Shown here piece after piece: positions 11,290-24,729 of a stretch of 42,437 bases of DNA (position 1 is the first letter of the stretch; each line of letters starts with the position of its first letter). A program made the translations under genes and the position numbers. The notes under the pieces were generated by a model. It was not told where the DNA came from and did not search any database. It worked only from the letters and a program-made list of their open reading frames with translations. Source of the stretch: Octopus bimaculoides (Eukaryota); assembly GCF_001194135.2 (NCBI RefSeq), contig NC_068984.1:44386959-44429395 (forward strand), given 5' to 3'.

Positions 11290-11560
11290 TAAGTTGTGTT
11301 AGGGAACCAGCTTCGAGAACTTTAGTCGATTATATCGACTCTAGTACTTAATACTTATTTTATTGATGGCTGTCAAATAAAACATCAATAAAACGGCATC
11401 ATCGAACTGGAAAATTGTTAGAGTATCAGGTAAAATGCTTTGCGGTATTCATTTCGGCTCACTGGGCTCTGAATTCAAATCCCGTCGAGTTAGATTTGTC
11501 TTTCCATCATTTCGGAGTTGATAAAAACAGAAGTACAAGTTCAATACTGGGGGCTTCTGT
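11290..11560. mobile_element. Two SINE family C fragments in opposite orientation (about 11290-11390 minus, about 11425-11560 plus)
   Basis: AAAATGCTTTGCGGTATT...GAATTCAAATCCCGTCGAGTT...TTTCCATCATTTCGGAGTTGATAAAA matches the family. GTCGATTATATCGACTCTAGTACT matches its reverse complement. Confidence 0.6.
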
Positions 11561-12049
11561 TTCTCTACAGACACGCAATATGTCACGATGCCTGCGGTTT
11601 CATAAGGAGTCGAGGACTCGAGAGAAAAGGATTTATCAAATGGTTTTTAAGTCTGTTTACTTCTGGTATTTTTTTATATAAAGAAACGTAAATTAATAAG
11701 TTACTTTTATTAGATACACTGACAAACACTCTCATTCGTACAAACACACATTTACAATGAACTCTCGCTTGTACCACATATACACAGCGAAAGTAGGTAT
11801 GTTTTGGCGATTGAGTTAACCAATGGTAGGGTTAATATTGTATGTGTACATGATACTGAAATATCATATACATTGGACACTGATAAACAATAACAAAAAT
11901 TACCTGAAATACTGTAAACATAAAAAATTAAATGTATAACATCATTTAACAATACCTTATGTAAATGATTTAACGTTATTTAACATAGTATGTAATCATT
12001 AAATCATAATACCGTAAATTATTGCTTTCATTTATGTGGTGTAGATGAC

Positions 12050-13250
12050 ATGAGCTTGATGTGATGAAAGTGGGGTAGGGGTAAAAGTAGCGTTCATTAT
12101 GAATCAGAAAATTCTCGTAGAAGCATGAGATAACTTGAAAGGAACTAAATCGACAGTAGGCGGGATATCAATATCATCAGCAGACAACAATTGCTGGAAC
12201 AGTTTGACTCGAAGTAGGAGCCAAGATTCAGTTATTTGCCTTGCTACTATTGCTTCCGGATAAGGAGTTCTTAAATAATATTGGCAATATTGCTGAACAT
12301 CAACTTTTATTGACAATTCATGAAATGACGTAATCAAGGGATCTACATATAAAAGGGAGTCTGAGTTTCTCCTGAAATGGTTCATCATCTTCATTCTTAC
12401 TATTTCTGCTATCATCTATAAGAGTTTCAGCCATGATTTTTCTTCTGTTATTACTTGTTATCAGGACCATCTATTTCGCTTGTTCTTTAAACCATACGAT
12501 AATAATCCCTTACTACTAACCCTTTAACATTTATCATAACTCTGTACAGTTTGCTCCAAGCATTGGCTAGAATGGTTAGACTTCTCTGCCTTCTATGGTG
12601 TTGTTAAAATGAATATTGCAGGTTTGAGGTTGTATTGATATTAGTGACAGTGTTGTCCTCGTGTTTTCTCCCTAAGATCGTCTTCTAGTATCACAAGAAC
12701 TTTGTCTATATATATCCTTTGTTATAATCTTTGGCCGACTATAATTATACCTTGATCCATTGGCTGGATCACCGAGGTGAAATGGATGGCAAAAGCGAAC
12801 ACCTTCCTTGCTGGTGAGTAAATGCATTATTTGAAATTAGTAACGCCGTTACGTCATCAGCAAAGCGTTTGAGTGCATACTCCTGGCAATTTCGTTCCAC
12901 TGGAACGAAATGCGAAAAAGAACAGAGATGCATGTCAAACCACAATATTTTAAAATGATAATAAAGAACGTGCCAATGTACTGACCTTGCGTACGTCATT
13001 TTCTCTAAAAGGTGCCCACAGTCTGCGTTCGCACAATACAATGCTGATAAAACGTTTCTAGCTTAAATTAAAGTAGAGGCTTCAATCTCAAAATCTTGAG
13101 TATTCTGAAATAGTGACCAGCAATACAATCCAGTTGTATCCCCATTATATACTTGGGGGAAATTAGGGGCCCATTCACAATCATTAAATACCTTTCTGAA
13201 TGGTCTGTTTAACTTCACTGGTGTCCTGTCTGTTTCAACGAAGGTAATTC
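12050..13250 (-). mobile_element. Decayed R4/Dong-like non-LTR retrotransposon RT fragment
   Basis: Minus-strand KGI..GPLISP (about 13190; cf. GIFQGDSLSP), KRFADDVTAL (about 12870) and NINTTSNLQYSF (about 12630; cf. AINTxAVPVLRYSF). Confidence 0.6.
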
Positions 13251-15619
13251 TACTTCCACTGCGATTTCTAAATCGCCATAATCACACATCACTAATTTCG
13301 AAATTGTTCTCACCCATTTTTCTAATTCACAGACGGTGCTGCTAGAGTATTATTGATAAATAGACCACTGCATCACTGCCTAAGAGTTATATCTTTTGCA
13401 CCTCTCACACGCTTCCTAACATGATGATGATGATGATGATGACGATTTAGAATTTATAGTTACATTATATTTTACAGAAAACGTAATGAGTGCGTCCTTA
13501 GTACGAAACCATTTTCTTTCTGACGTTTTGCTCTTAAATTTAACTCACATCTCTGAAGAACCAGACAATACTTTCCTTCAGCTCCAGTTTCTAGTTCACT
13601 AATAGCCACATGCTTCTTTAGTTTATTAATCTCCTTTGAAATCATGATGATAAACTATGAGGCTAAAATAGTGTATGTTAAAACTGCCGCATGAATTAAC
13701 ATTATTTTTACATGGCAACACTGAATTTGCCATGTAGAAGTAATGACTCGAGCGGGAGATTTAACATACACTTACAGATACTAAAATACAAAATATTTGC
13801 AGTCTTTAAACCTGCTCTTCACAGTTTCTTACCAATGTATTTTTTTTAGACACTACTAGTTTGCTTGATTTCGAGCAAAGATTATAATTGAAAATTCATT
13901 TCAAGAATAATCATTTACATTTCAAGCATAGCTTGTCTTGAATTACTTTAGCCAATGTATCATATTCCCTTTAATATTTTAGGAGCGAGAAGACAAAAAA
14001 AATGTAAATATAAACTGTATTAATCATTTACTTAGTCTTTTTTCTTTCTTTTTTGTCCTTCCCTCAAACATATATTTCTAGCTAGCATTTTAATGGTTTA
14101 TACATTAAACGTATTAACACTAAGTTCCCTATGGTTTTTTATGATAATGACATCTTTGATTTATCTAATATATAATCAAACAATTGTTTCTGAAATTACA
14201 TAAAATATGTTGTATGTTTTTAAAGGTAACTTCCTGTGTGTTCTTATCATCGAGTTTTAAACTATGATGATGATGGAGAAGAGGATATCATCGTTGTTGC
14301 AGTAGAAGCAACAACTTTATTTAATCAAGATCTCTTTGGCCTGAAGAGTAGCCTACAGTATGCATCTCACTTAGATATTTACCACTTCCGAGGTTCCACT
14401 CACTATGAAACATGTAGCCCGAATTTTATCTACTCCATTCGTTAACTCTTGTATATATATATATGTGCGTGTGTGTTCTATATATGTGTGTGCCTCCTCA
14501 TTTTGACGTTGTAAAGAAGTAATACCATCATACATACATCATTTATTTTCAATCTTGCATGAAAACATGTATGGCTCATGGGGAAATATCACCTATCACC
14601 TTACTTGGAAACAAATGAATAGGTGAGGGTTTGTGACAAGAATGGCTATCATTTGTAGAAAATCTGCTTCAACAAACTCTGTCTGATCCATGCCAGCATA
14701 GGAAAGTAAATATTAGAATGATAATGAAGATAATGACAGTTTGTTTTCATTTTTTCTAATCATTGCAGGCACCCTCCATCCCTACATTAAACCCTGGGCC
14801 AGGAGTACATTTATTGTGTTTCAATCATAGTAGATAATGCAACAGCAACCTTACAAATAAGAGGGTTCATTCATATAGGACCGATGATTTTCATTGAATA
14901 TATAACTGGCAAAATAGTGCATGATATTCCTATCATGATCTCAGCATTTAAGTCTTCAATCATTATTGCAAACAAAAACTATAAACAGAAATAGTAAGAT
15001 AGTTCTAGCATATTTAATTTATGCATAACATATTAAAAAGCAAACTAGGACTAAATGTGGAGTGAGGAAAAAGATAATTGAAAATACTATTAGTCATTGA
15101 TTACTAATATTTTTGTATCTCCCCCCCATCTCTCTTTGCATATTCATTTCTAGTTAGTAGTTTAATGCTCCGTAATTAAATATGGTAACACTAGCTTTTT
15201 TTGCCATGTGAATGGCATCTCTGAATTCTTTAATTACTGGCAAAACATTTTCTGTTGGTTTGATTTGGTCTGATTTGGTTTAGTTTGGTTTGCTTAAGTC
15301 TAAAGGGTGGGACTGTACCCGAGGCCTTCACAAGCCTTCCAAAACTGGTCAGATCAATACAGATAACGTTTCTCTTGAACAGATGCAAGTTGGCAGGCCT
15401 ACAGGAAAAACATGTGCAAGAAAGGAATTCTAGAGGCATATTGTCCAGGGCTTTAGTTATTAATGTCAAAAATTAACTGTTAAAATCTGTTTTATCATTT
15501 CATGTCCAATTTTTCAAATTAGTACAAGATAGTATTTTATTGGAATGGTTGATTAATAGCTACCCTCTCTAACACTTATTCTCCAGCAATAGATTAGGAA
15601 CTTCATATATTCTTTTCTA

Positions 15620-15815
15620 GGAACAAGGCCTGAAATTTTGGGGGAGAGGGCCAGTTGATCAGATTGACTCTAGTATGCAACTGGTTCTTAATATATCGAC
15701 CCCGAAAGGATGAAAAGCAAAGTCGACCTCGGCAGAATTTGAACTCAGAATGTAAAGACAGACGAAATACCACTAAGCATTTCGCCCAGCATGCTAACAT
15801 TTCTGCCTGCTCACC
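15620..15815 (-). mobile_element. SINE family C
   Basis: AGGCCTGAAATTTTGGGG...GAAAGGATGAAAAGCAAAGTCGACCTCGGCAGAATTTGAACTCAG...AAGCATTTCGCCCAGCATGCTAAC. The reversed B-box-like GAGTTCAAATTC lies near the high-coordinate end. Confidence 0.85.
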
Positions 15816-16149
15816 GCCTTGGGAACTTCCTGTATTACAGGTAAACTGTGTCTATTAAAGTTAACTGTATTATCAATAAGCACATCTTCATAAGTAACTG
15901 TGCTTCTGACCAAAAATAAATAATTCAGTGCTTTAATCTTGCTGAATGTGAGAAGGTGAGACTTGGTAAGTTTTGAGTTGGAAATTTAAGGAATATTCAG
16001 AGATGAAAAGCAAGCACATTACATGGGTTGAAGTAGATAGTATAAAGTTGCTTAATGTATTGATGAGGCAGAGAGAGAGCCCAGCCACATAGAGGAATAA
16101 AGGTTTCAGAAAGTTTGTAAGTGAAGGTTTGTCTATCAATTATAAGGTC

Positions 16150-16650
16150 TATCTCTTAAATGCAGTCAAGAACATAAATGTGTATATGAGCATCAAGTAT
16201 GTCAGAGTGCACAGAGAGAAGAATAGGGATCTTGACATATAAGTGCTATCAATTTTATTGTGAATATGGTTGGAAGTAACAGTGAGTAGGTGGATGAGTA
16301 TGTACTCTGAGGCACCAACGAACTGATTGGTAGATAGAGAGAGCAAAGGGAGAGAGGGGTCAGACCAATTGAAGAAATGAGTTCTACTTACATACATTAC
16401 AATGGATCATCTTATCAGGGAGCTTCTAAACAATAAATTAGGTTGGAGAAACCACAGGGTTATTTTCATGTCAGAAAAAGTCAAAAGCTTTGCTGGTGCT
16501 AGCATATGATAAAACAAGGTCTCCAGAGAGGCTGGCTCTGTGAAAATTATTCTGGTAATCAAAGAGAAAAAGACACAAAGGGTATAGTGGGTAGTACCCA
16601 TTTATGATCACTAACATCTTAGATATGACAGGAAGAGACCAATTAAAGGG
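16150..16650 (-). mobile_element. Possible L2/CR1-type endonuclease fragment
   Basis: LLTFSDMKI (cf. ILGDFNIH) and LSLSTNQFVG...HIHNKID (cf. L.QHV..PTH..GHTLD); weak similarity. Confidence 0.3.
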
Positions 16651-16999
16651 TAGAAGCAGTTTTGTTTCTTAAATGGAGCAATTATACATTTGTATATTTT
16701 TGGATAAATACCTGTAGAGGGAGAAAGTTTGAAGGATTTGCTGTGTACAGGGGTGAACTAGAGAACACAAACTATCAATGTGATAACTGCAACACCAATG
16801 GGTTCAATCATCATATTAAATTTTGGTGATTAACTTGTCACAGATTGATTAAAAGTGGAAATGAGAGAAAGAGTAAGACAAACAGAAAGTGTTTTAAAAA
16901 CATTACTATTAGGATAGGCATATTCCATGGTGACAGCCAGTCATCTATACTCTTTGCATTATGCTTAATTTGAAATAGGATCAATAGCTTTGATTCATT

Positions 17000-17720
17000 A
17001 ACTATTTATAGATCATCTGAAAGTATACATGAAATGCAAGGCAGAGCTTGATACCTTAGTGAAAAGCAGTTCCTGTTTTTTTTTCCTCCCACCCCAAATT
17101 TACAAGCCTATAGATCTATACTGGAGTTTAAGGAGATGCACTTATTCCATCAAGGTATGGACAGAATCTGTTGAGAATAATGGATATAAATACCAAGGTA
17201 TTGTGTAGCTTGACGGAATGACAGAGGAAGAAATGAAGAATAGTTTAGTGAATGAGACAATAAAGATGAAGACAAGTGCAAACCTGTTCAATCCAAGCAA
17301 TCATGAGATGATTGTTAAAACATCAATGATGATGATGATGAATAGAAAGAAGAGAAAATCAATGCAATCAACACCTGGGTGACTGCATTACAAAAGTATG
17401 ATGCTGGGTTACTAAAATGTAATAACAAAGACCTGAATAGTTTAACCAGAAAGGAAAAGAATATTGATAATATATGATACATTCTACACGAAAAGTAGTG
17501 CTAAACAGTTGCAACGTTGATAACAAGTGAGAGAAAAAGGTCTGATTAGATACGGAGGCTGCAGGGAGAAAAAGAGAAGAAAAAAAGTAATGTTTGGTTT
17601 GGTAAAGAATTGCTTAGAACTAGTTATTGAGAAAATAAAAATTCATCATTGATTTGAAAAAATAATGGAGAAGTGGTGTATAAAACCATGACTAAAAGAG
17701 TATAGAATATTTAGGTGAGC
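17000..17720 (+). mobile_element. Decayed R4/Dong-like LINE fragment
   Basis: ESVENNGYKYQGIV*LDGMTEEEMK (about 17160-17240; cf. GYKYLGILExDxIxxxEMK); later REKGLIRYGGC (cf. GGRGLI..E.C). Confidence 0.55.
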
Positions 17721-18559
17721 AAAGGGACTTGCAGTTGATGCAGAGATGTGTGTTAGAGGAGGCGTAGAGAAGATTGAATCAATGGTTAAGGAAATGTAAC
17801 CTCAAATGTGAGTCTGAAGCTTTGATCTGTTCAGCATAAAAAGCAATATCTTTGAATAAATTAGATCAAGTTCTACATACACAAAACAACTAAATCCTAC
17901 TGAATATGCTTATTTTTTTTCCCCCCTCCACAATATTTTCTGATGTAAAAAGCTAGCTTAAAGTAAGGAGAAATTGGATAACAATGTTATACAAATTATT
18001 CATTGGAAGCTGTAGGGATTCTAGCAGCTAGAGTGTGAACACAACTTGAAAAGTATTATAATCTATTAGCGTATTAAAATCTTATAGACATTTCCACATC
18101 CAACGTCTTTGTGCGTAAAAACACCGCCATACTGACAGTATGATGAAAAAGAGGAAAAGAATTTCAGCAATCTGTTCCAAGAGACAATATAGGGAAACGG
18201 AAAGTAAAGAATGGAAACCTAGTTTGAGAAATTAGAAGAGGCATTAAAGAAAGACATCAATGGCTGGTGTACAAAGAGATGTAAATAAAGAAGGAAAGAG
18301 TGAAAAAGATTGGTGAATGAAAATACTGGGGAAAAAGTAACATTCAGAAATAAATAGTAAACTAAGAATTATTAGTGAAATTTACAGGAAAGCTAAAACT
18401 GGACATAAGCTTGGAACATTTCCAAAATATTGTTTGTTCAGAAAAGCCAAAATATTTAAAATATTTTAACCTTCAACTTTTGGATTATTAGTTATAATTA
18501 GCTATCAAGGAAAACAAACCTAAAACATACAACACAGTGAAAATAAAATCAATATCATA

Positions 18560-18805
18560 ATAATAATAGTAGTAGTAGTAGTAGTAGTAGTAGTAATAAT
18601 AATAATAATCCTTTCTACTACAGGCACAAAGCTTGAATTTTTTTTAGAGGGAGCCAGTTGTTGACGTCAACCTCAATGGTCAACTGGTACTTCCTTCTTC
18701 AATCCTAAAAAACATGAAAGGCAAAGTTAACCTTGGCAGAATTTGAATTCAGAACATAAGGACAGACAAAATGCCACTAAGCATTTTGTTTAGCATGCCA
18801 ACTCA
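18560..18805 (-). mobile_element. SINE family C with (TAG)n/(TAA)n tail
   Basis: Matches the 15620 copy; the tandem trinucleotide tail is at the low-coordinate (3') end. Confidence 0.8.
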
Positions 18806-18809
18806 AGCC

Positions 18810-19255
18810 TTTACCAGGCAGTAGCTCTCATGGCTTCTGATCTTAACTGATTGGAAATGTTATCATGTACATTGTTTTGTCTTGGTATAAAAGATGGGTT
18901 ACAGATTTGCTTATCAATTGTTTGATCTTGACCGGTTGAGCATGTCCCTTTGTGGCTGATGTTATGTGCATCTCTGATCACAAGCAGAAGTAAATGGGGA
19001 GCATCATAGCCATGTGTTGAGGGGAATTCTTTGGTGTTTGGATAATTCACCTCTGGAAACATGGGTGTTTTGTTCAACATCCTTAAACAACCCTTATTCA
19101 AGGACCTTTTGAGTGGGGTGGGCTACTCGACCTGAAGAAAATTCTAACTGGCCCCAGCTGGAAGGTTCACCATGTCGCACACATATGGTTGTGATACATG
19201 TGCCTGGTGTACCCTTATCAGATGGGTAGTCATGATGGGTATACTGGACTTCTCA
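18810..19255. repeat. Interspersed repeat fragment, unclassified
   Basis: CACCATGTCGCACACATATGGTTGTGATACATGTGCCTGGTGTACCCTTATCAGATGGG is recalled as an abundant octopus repeat; not verifiable within the window. Confidence 0.4.
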
Positions 19256-19759
19256 CTCAATAATAATAATAATAATAGACAATACAAAGAGTGCTGTTTG
19301 TATTGTCTATTTACCTTTGTGAGGAGTTATGTCAATCCTTTTGTAATAATAATAATACGTTAAAATTTTGGCACAAGGCCAGCAATTTTAGGGAAGTTAG
19401 TGAGTCAATTACATTCACACTTTTTCCTTTTCTCAATTTTTACTTTTTCATCATCTCCTGTCTTGTTCATAAGTGTTTTTGACTTCTATTAACTTCTCTT
19501 AACTTTGTTTAGCTTCCCCTGATTTATTCAGATACTGTATTTCACTCTCCTCTTTCACCTTCCCAACCTCTCCAACTAACCTCATTACTCTGTTGTCTTT
19601 ATTTGTGTTTGGGTAGTGCTCAGTCGAAACCTTTCAACATGGGTGTTGGATATCAGTAAAGTTGTGTATTGTCACCTCTCATTTCCATAGTTTTTATGAA
19701 CTGGATTAACATGTGGCAGCTGTTGTCGGAGTGGCATCCTAATCAGTGGGTGTAGGATC

Positions 19760-20400
19760 AGCTGATATTTGCAGATGATATGGTGCTTCTTGACTCATCA
19801 GAAGATGGTCTCTAGCATGCACTGAATGGCTTTACTGTCAAAGGCTGAAAGGCAGGGATGAGAATTAGTGTTTTGAAGTATGAGACATTGTTCCTCTCAA
19901 GAATGTTTTCCCAATGTGCACTCTGCATGTTAATGGAATATCACTGAAACAAATGGAGAAGTTTAACTATCTCAGGATTATATTCACAAGTGATGGGAGG
20001 TAGGAGGATGAATTGGATGCAAGAATTGCAAGTTCTGGCATAGTAATGCAACAGCACCAGCATATGATCCTCAGAAGAAGAAAGACTGGTAAAAAAACCA
20101 AAATTGCTATCAACATTTCAGTTTTTGTGCCTATCTTCACCTATGGCCATTAATGTTGGGTAATGACTAAATGAGTACAATTGCAAATACAAGTGGCTGA
20201 AATGGGGTTCCTCTGAAGGATCTATGAAGTAATGTTCTTGATAGGGTGCTTAGTTTGGAGATCAGAGAGTCTCTTCAGGTTGAGCCACTACTTCTCCACA
20301 TACTACAAACATGCGATCAGAATGTCTCAGGAATGAATTCTTCAAGCAAAGTCAATCAGCAAAAGACCTAGGGGTAGACCAAAACTGAGATAGCTGGACA
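19760..20400 (+). mobile_element. RTE-clade (Expander/Rex3-like) LINE RT C-terminal fragment
   Basis: LIFADDMVLLDSSEDGL*HAL...GMRIS; QMEKFNYLRIIFTSDGR*EDELDARI; SVFVPIFTYGH*CWVMTK...IQVAEMGFL. Confidence 0.8.
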
Positions 20401-20439
20401 ATATCCAGTCTTTGTTGGTTATGTTCGAGAATCCTGCTG

Positions 20440-20780
20440 GAAAGTCTAAAGACTGTTTCTTCAAGTTAGAATAATTGACCTTATCAAAAGCTTTCAATTG
20501 ATCCAAATAGACCAAACCCTTATTGAAGTCAAGCTTGTTACCCAACTTCATTACAGTGTATCACATGAGTTGGAGGCTGTTCTAGATAGACCTGCTTGGG
20601 ATCACACAAATCTGTGCTTTTCTAATTTCACTACTGGAGATAAGCCCCAACCTCTTTCCAAGCACATTCCCAAAAATTTTTAATTCTGCATTCAACAGAT
20701 CTACAGACTTCATATTATTAACTATATTCCCGTTGTTCTAAGCTCGAAACAATTGGAAATTTATTCAGTTTGGCTGCCAG
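20440..20780 (-). mobile_element. L1/Tx1-clade RT fragment
   Basis: LLNAELKIFGNVLGKRL...QICVIPSRSI*NSLQL...LDQLKAFDKV (cf. LLNxDYKI...QTCxIPGRSI..NL...LDQEKAFDRV). Confidence 0.7.
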
Positions 20781-21019
20781 TTATAGAAAATGTCTGCCAA
20801 GACTTTGGTGAACGAGTCTAGCATGTATATGTAAAGCTCTTTGAGCAGACTATCCAGCTCAGGTGATCAGCACCACACAATCCCTAACCACCAACCATAC
20901 AAAAACACAACTGATAATGAAGGACATAAAAATAATAAGATAGAAAATTTCTCAAACTTTGAAATTTTTTCTCCATTCACCATGATCAAAGAAGATAATC
21001 TTTCACACAAACAGCATTT

Positions 21020-21165
21020 GGTTTTCATGTGGCTACAGAGTTGTATCCAATCACTGAAAGAATAGAGTTATAATAAAAGATACACAACAGCAACTGCCAC
21101 AAGCAGTCACACTAAACCAATACCAGCACCAAAGAGTTAAATATATCCACTTCAATATATCTATA
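21020..21165 (+). repeat. Short interspersed repeat family E, copy 1
   Basis: TTTCATGTGG...TATCCAATCACTGAAAGAA...CACAAGCAGTCACA..AAACCAATACCA...AGAGTTAAAT.TATCCA is shared with 24730-24920. Confidence 0.7.
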
Positions 21166-21183
21166 TATATATATATATATATA

Positions 21184-21816
21184 TAGGAAAATGAAAAATA
21201 AGGCAGAATGCTAAACTGGAAGCATATTTTAATAAAGATTTCTAACCGGCTTTCATTGCGAAGCAAATTTTCAAGGAGAATGAAAATGTTTTCTACAATG
21301 AAGTACAAAATGAAGAAAATAATATATAAAAAAATGAATATACCAATACATTATATTGTCTTTGAGCTTTTGAAGTTCAATGGTAGTTCATGTATATAAT
21401 GGTTGGAAAAATAAGGATGCATGAGAATTGAGAGTTTTTAGTTGGAGTCCAACTAAAAACATTTGTCTCCCCTTACACACACTTCCTGTTTTGACACCAC
21501 ACTTCCTGCTCAACACAAACTTTTAACCCTTTTTTTAAACCTAACACAACTCTCAATTCTCATGCATCCTTATTTTTCCAACCATTATATACATGAACTA
21601 CCATTGAACTTCAAAAGCTCAAAGACAATATAATGTATTGGTATATTTATTTTTTTATATATATTTTTTATATATTATTTTCTTCATTTTGTACTTCTTT
21701 GTAAAAAAAATTTTCATTCTCCTTCTTGAAAATATGCTACGCAATGAAAGCCGGTTAGAAATCTTTATTAAAATATGCTTCCAGTTTAGCATTCTGCCTT
21801 ATTTTTCATTTTCCTA
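21184..21816. mobile_element. Foldback / long-TIR MITE in a TA tract
   Basis: Arms at about 21184-21436 and 21548-21816 are near-perfect reverse complements (TAGGAAAATG...CATTTTCCTA), with a ~110 bp spacer and TA at both ends (Tc1/mariner-like TSD). Confidence 0.85.
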
Positions 21817-24729
21817 TTATTTCTCCACGTGCGGTTAACACAAACCCACTATTTACTGACTTATATATATATATATATATATATTTATTTATTTATTACA
21901 CACACACACCCTCCATCATGGCTTACAGCAGGTTGATGAAAAAGGCACAAAGGTTCACTGCTCACTCCAAGCTACTAAACAAATTGCAGCAAGAAAGCTG
22001 CACCCAGTTGCATGGAGCTGAGTAAAATGGATATGTCTGAATTTATCAAAGATTAAATTGGGGCTTTATTACCTCTCAGCACTTCTGCCACTCAAGCCTA
22101 TTGGATTGCTTTCTTTCCTTTGCCTCTTAGAACACATTACATAGCTCTGATAATGTAAAGTGTAGGTTCTGCATTAAAGAGATGACTGAGAATTAGTCTC
22201 ATCACTAGCATGTTGGTCACAAGACCTCACCTAATCATTTCTTCTAATTTATTCACTAGTTCTTCTCTAATATTTTTTTCTTTATCACTACTTTTTCTGC
22301 TAAATCCTTTTCATCTAATTATAAACATTCGCTTCAGAGCAACCCGCAACTGGATACTGATGATTAATCCATCAACTACCACTTTATTAATTCATTAACT
22401 CAGTCATTAAAAGCTTTGCACACCAGGAATGATGCATTCAGCTCCCAACAACCTGTTCTCTGTCTATGCATTACAACTAAATTGACCATACAAATCATAA
22501 ATTTGCAGTCTGTGTAGCTAACCAGTTTAAATTGTGAATAAATTACCTCTATCCACTGACCTAACAAATACCCTATTAGTTTGACCAAATGCAGCTACGC
22601 TATGCTTATATCATGTGAACTGCCTGAGTAGATATGAGAGGTTTTTACACCCTATTTTCAAACCCAAGATTATTTAAATATGCATCTAAAATACCTTCCT
22701 AGTCATCAACTACAATTAGAGAGTAGGATGCTTGAAAGAATGGTCTGAGGCACTTGAAACCTAGCTGTCCTGCCACTGTCAGAGCACTGACAGCAGCTAG
22801 TCTAAAGGCACTGTCTTTGCTGTTGTTCACATCCAGCACCACAATCTTATTAGATGAACTCAGGAAGATTGGCTGTAGTTTGAGGCACACGCCCTTTTGA
22901 AATAACATTACCATCATTGTCACTCAGTTCATGTTAACTATAAGATGTGGTGCACACTTCCCAGAAATCCTAGTCTTTCTAATGGTGACTACATCTGTGT
23001 CTAGTGACCTGAGGCCTTTGAGTGACATTACCAAGCAGGCCAACACCAGATCACATACATTTATATGTCCTACTCTGAGTATGACTATTTGGTTGGAAAA
23101 AAACAACAATGATAATAATACCAACACAAAAGAGAAAAAGAAACATTATTGTGAGTGTAAGGAAATTAGCTGTAATTTTATTCTTGATATTAGAAGATTA
23201 TCTATACAATGCTGATGAGCAAACTGGACTTGAAGTGGAGGGAGCAAATTTATGTTTAAGGATCAGGACTAGTAAAAATTGACCAGATGTGATATGTAAG
23301 AAGAAAAAATAATGAATGTGTTAATAACTTTTTAATACTCAGATTCATCATAAAATTTTTGTTTTAAATTATGATACATCCTTTCCACATGACTATTTTA
23401 AATGTTTATGTTTTATTAAATAAAAATATTTAGATAAAAAAAAAGTTTAGGAAAACTTGAGCCACCCACCACCATAAATCCTGGTCAGTAAGAATCTGGA
23501 TAGGGGTTGGAGGGAAGAGCACGAATGAATAAGGTGAGTTACAGGTGTCACTGTTGTTGTAAAACTAAAGTACACTCAAGTGTTGTTACTCTTTGTAGAT
23601 GGCAGTAAATGCACAAAAAAAAAATAGTATCAACCACATCAAGGATTATTCATACTGCAGTGAATACAACAAAACAGTAAACATGGCAGTTGTTAACAGG
23701 AGAGAAATATAGCAGAAGGATTATTTTCTACAAAACATGCCACAGCTTTTGACATTTTTATAATTGCAATAGATGTGACATATGTGTTAAATAAAGCCTT
23801 GTTATAGCTGTCGAACTGAGATACAATTTTTGTAGAAGAATGATTACAACCAAGACACTTGTAATTTTATTGGTACTTATTTTAGTGATCCTACAGAGAC
23901 ATAATAAGATTTGAACCCACGAGCTGCTAACAAACTGGAGGGTTGGATCTAAAGAAGGTATTTATTCTAGTACTTCACTGTCTCAGTTGGTTCTGTTGCA
24001 GAAATTTCAGCAACCACAATGGACGTTTCTGGAGGTTGATGGTTACAACTAGTGTGACACAGGCAGTGAGCAACTGTGAAAGATCTGCTTGTTGGTTGAT
24101 AGTATTTGAGTGACACCATAAACAATAAGCAACTGTTATAGATGTTTATCACTTGTGACAAACAAATGCTGATAACCCGTAGCAGATTTCACTACAACTG
24201 GTCAAAGTAGGTGTGACACGATGAGAAAGAGCATCTCTTACAGATGTTTAATCATTTCTGGATAAACTAGATAAACAGTTGATAACAATATTGAAATTAA
24301 AACAAAAAAATAGTAAATATAAATGTAACAATCAATGTTTGGTTAGTACAGCAGTTGTCAGTCCAACCGACTTTAACATCTGTCAACTACTAACATAACA
24401 GTTGTTATAAACATTTATACAACACTTGTTGATAGGATAGGATCTGATGTCACTCAAGCAGTAACAACATCAACAAATAATTCAAATAACAATACTAGTA
24501 ACCATGGTTACTATGGTTATGACCAAAGTAATAAGATAATCCCACAAGGGAAGTGTGTGTATATAGATACATGTGCATGTGTACACACATACATACAAAC
24601 ACGGTTTGTTGACTGTACTCAACAGATAACGAAAGACAGAAATAACAGAAACACACTCCATGTTAAATATCTTTTTCCATCCATCAAGTTCAAAAGAAGA
24701 TGACCATTTTCCACGCATACTGCATTTAA

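Noticed and set aside
15285-15476. LKGGTVPEAF as a THAP AVPTIF motif
   Set aside because: No upstream C2CH residues or linked exons found.
22699-22923. 74-aa minus ORF as an extra VPS13B exon
   Set aside because: Lies downstream of the conserved stop and has no similarity to VPS13B.
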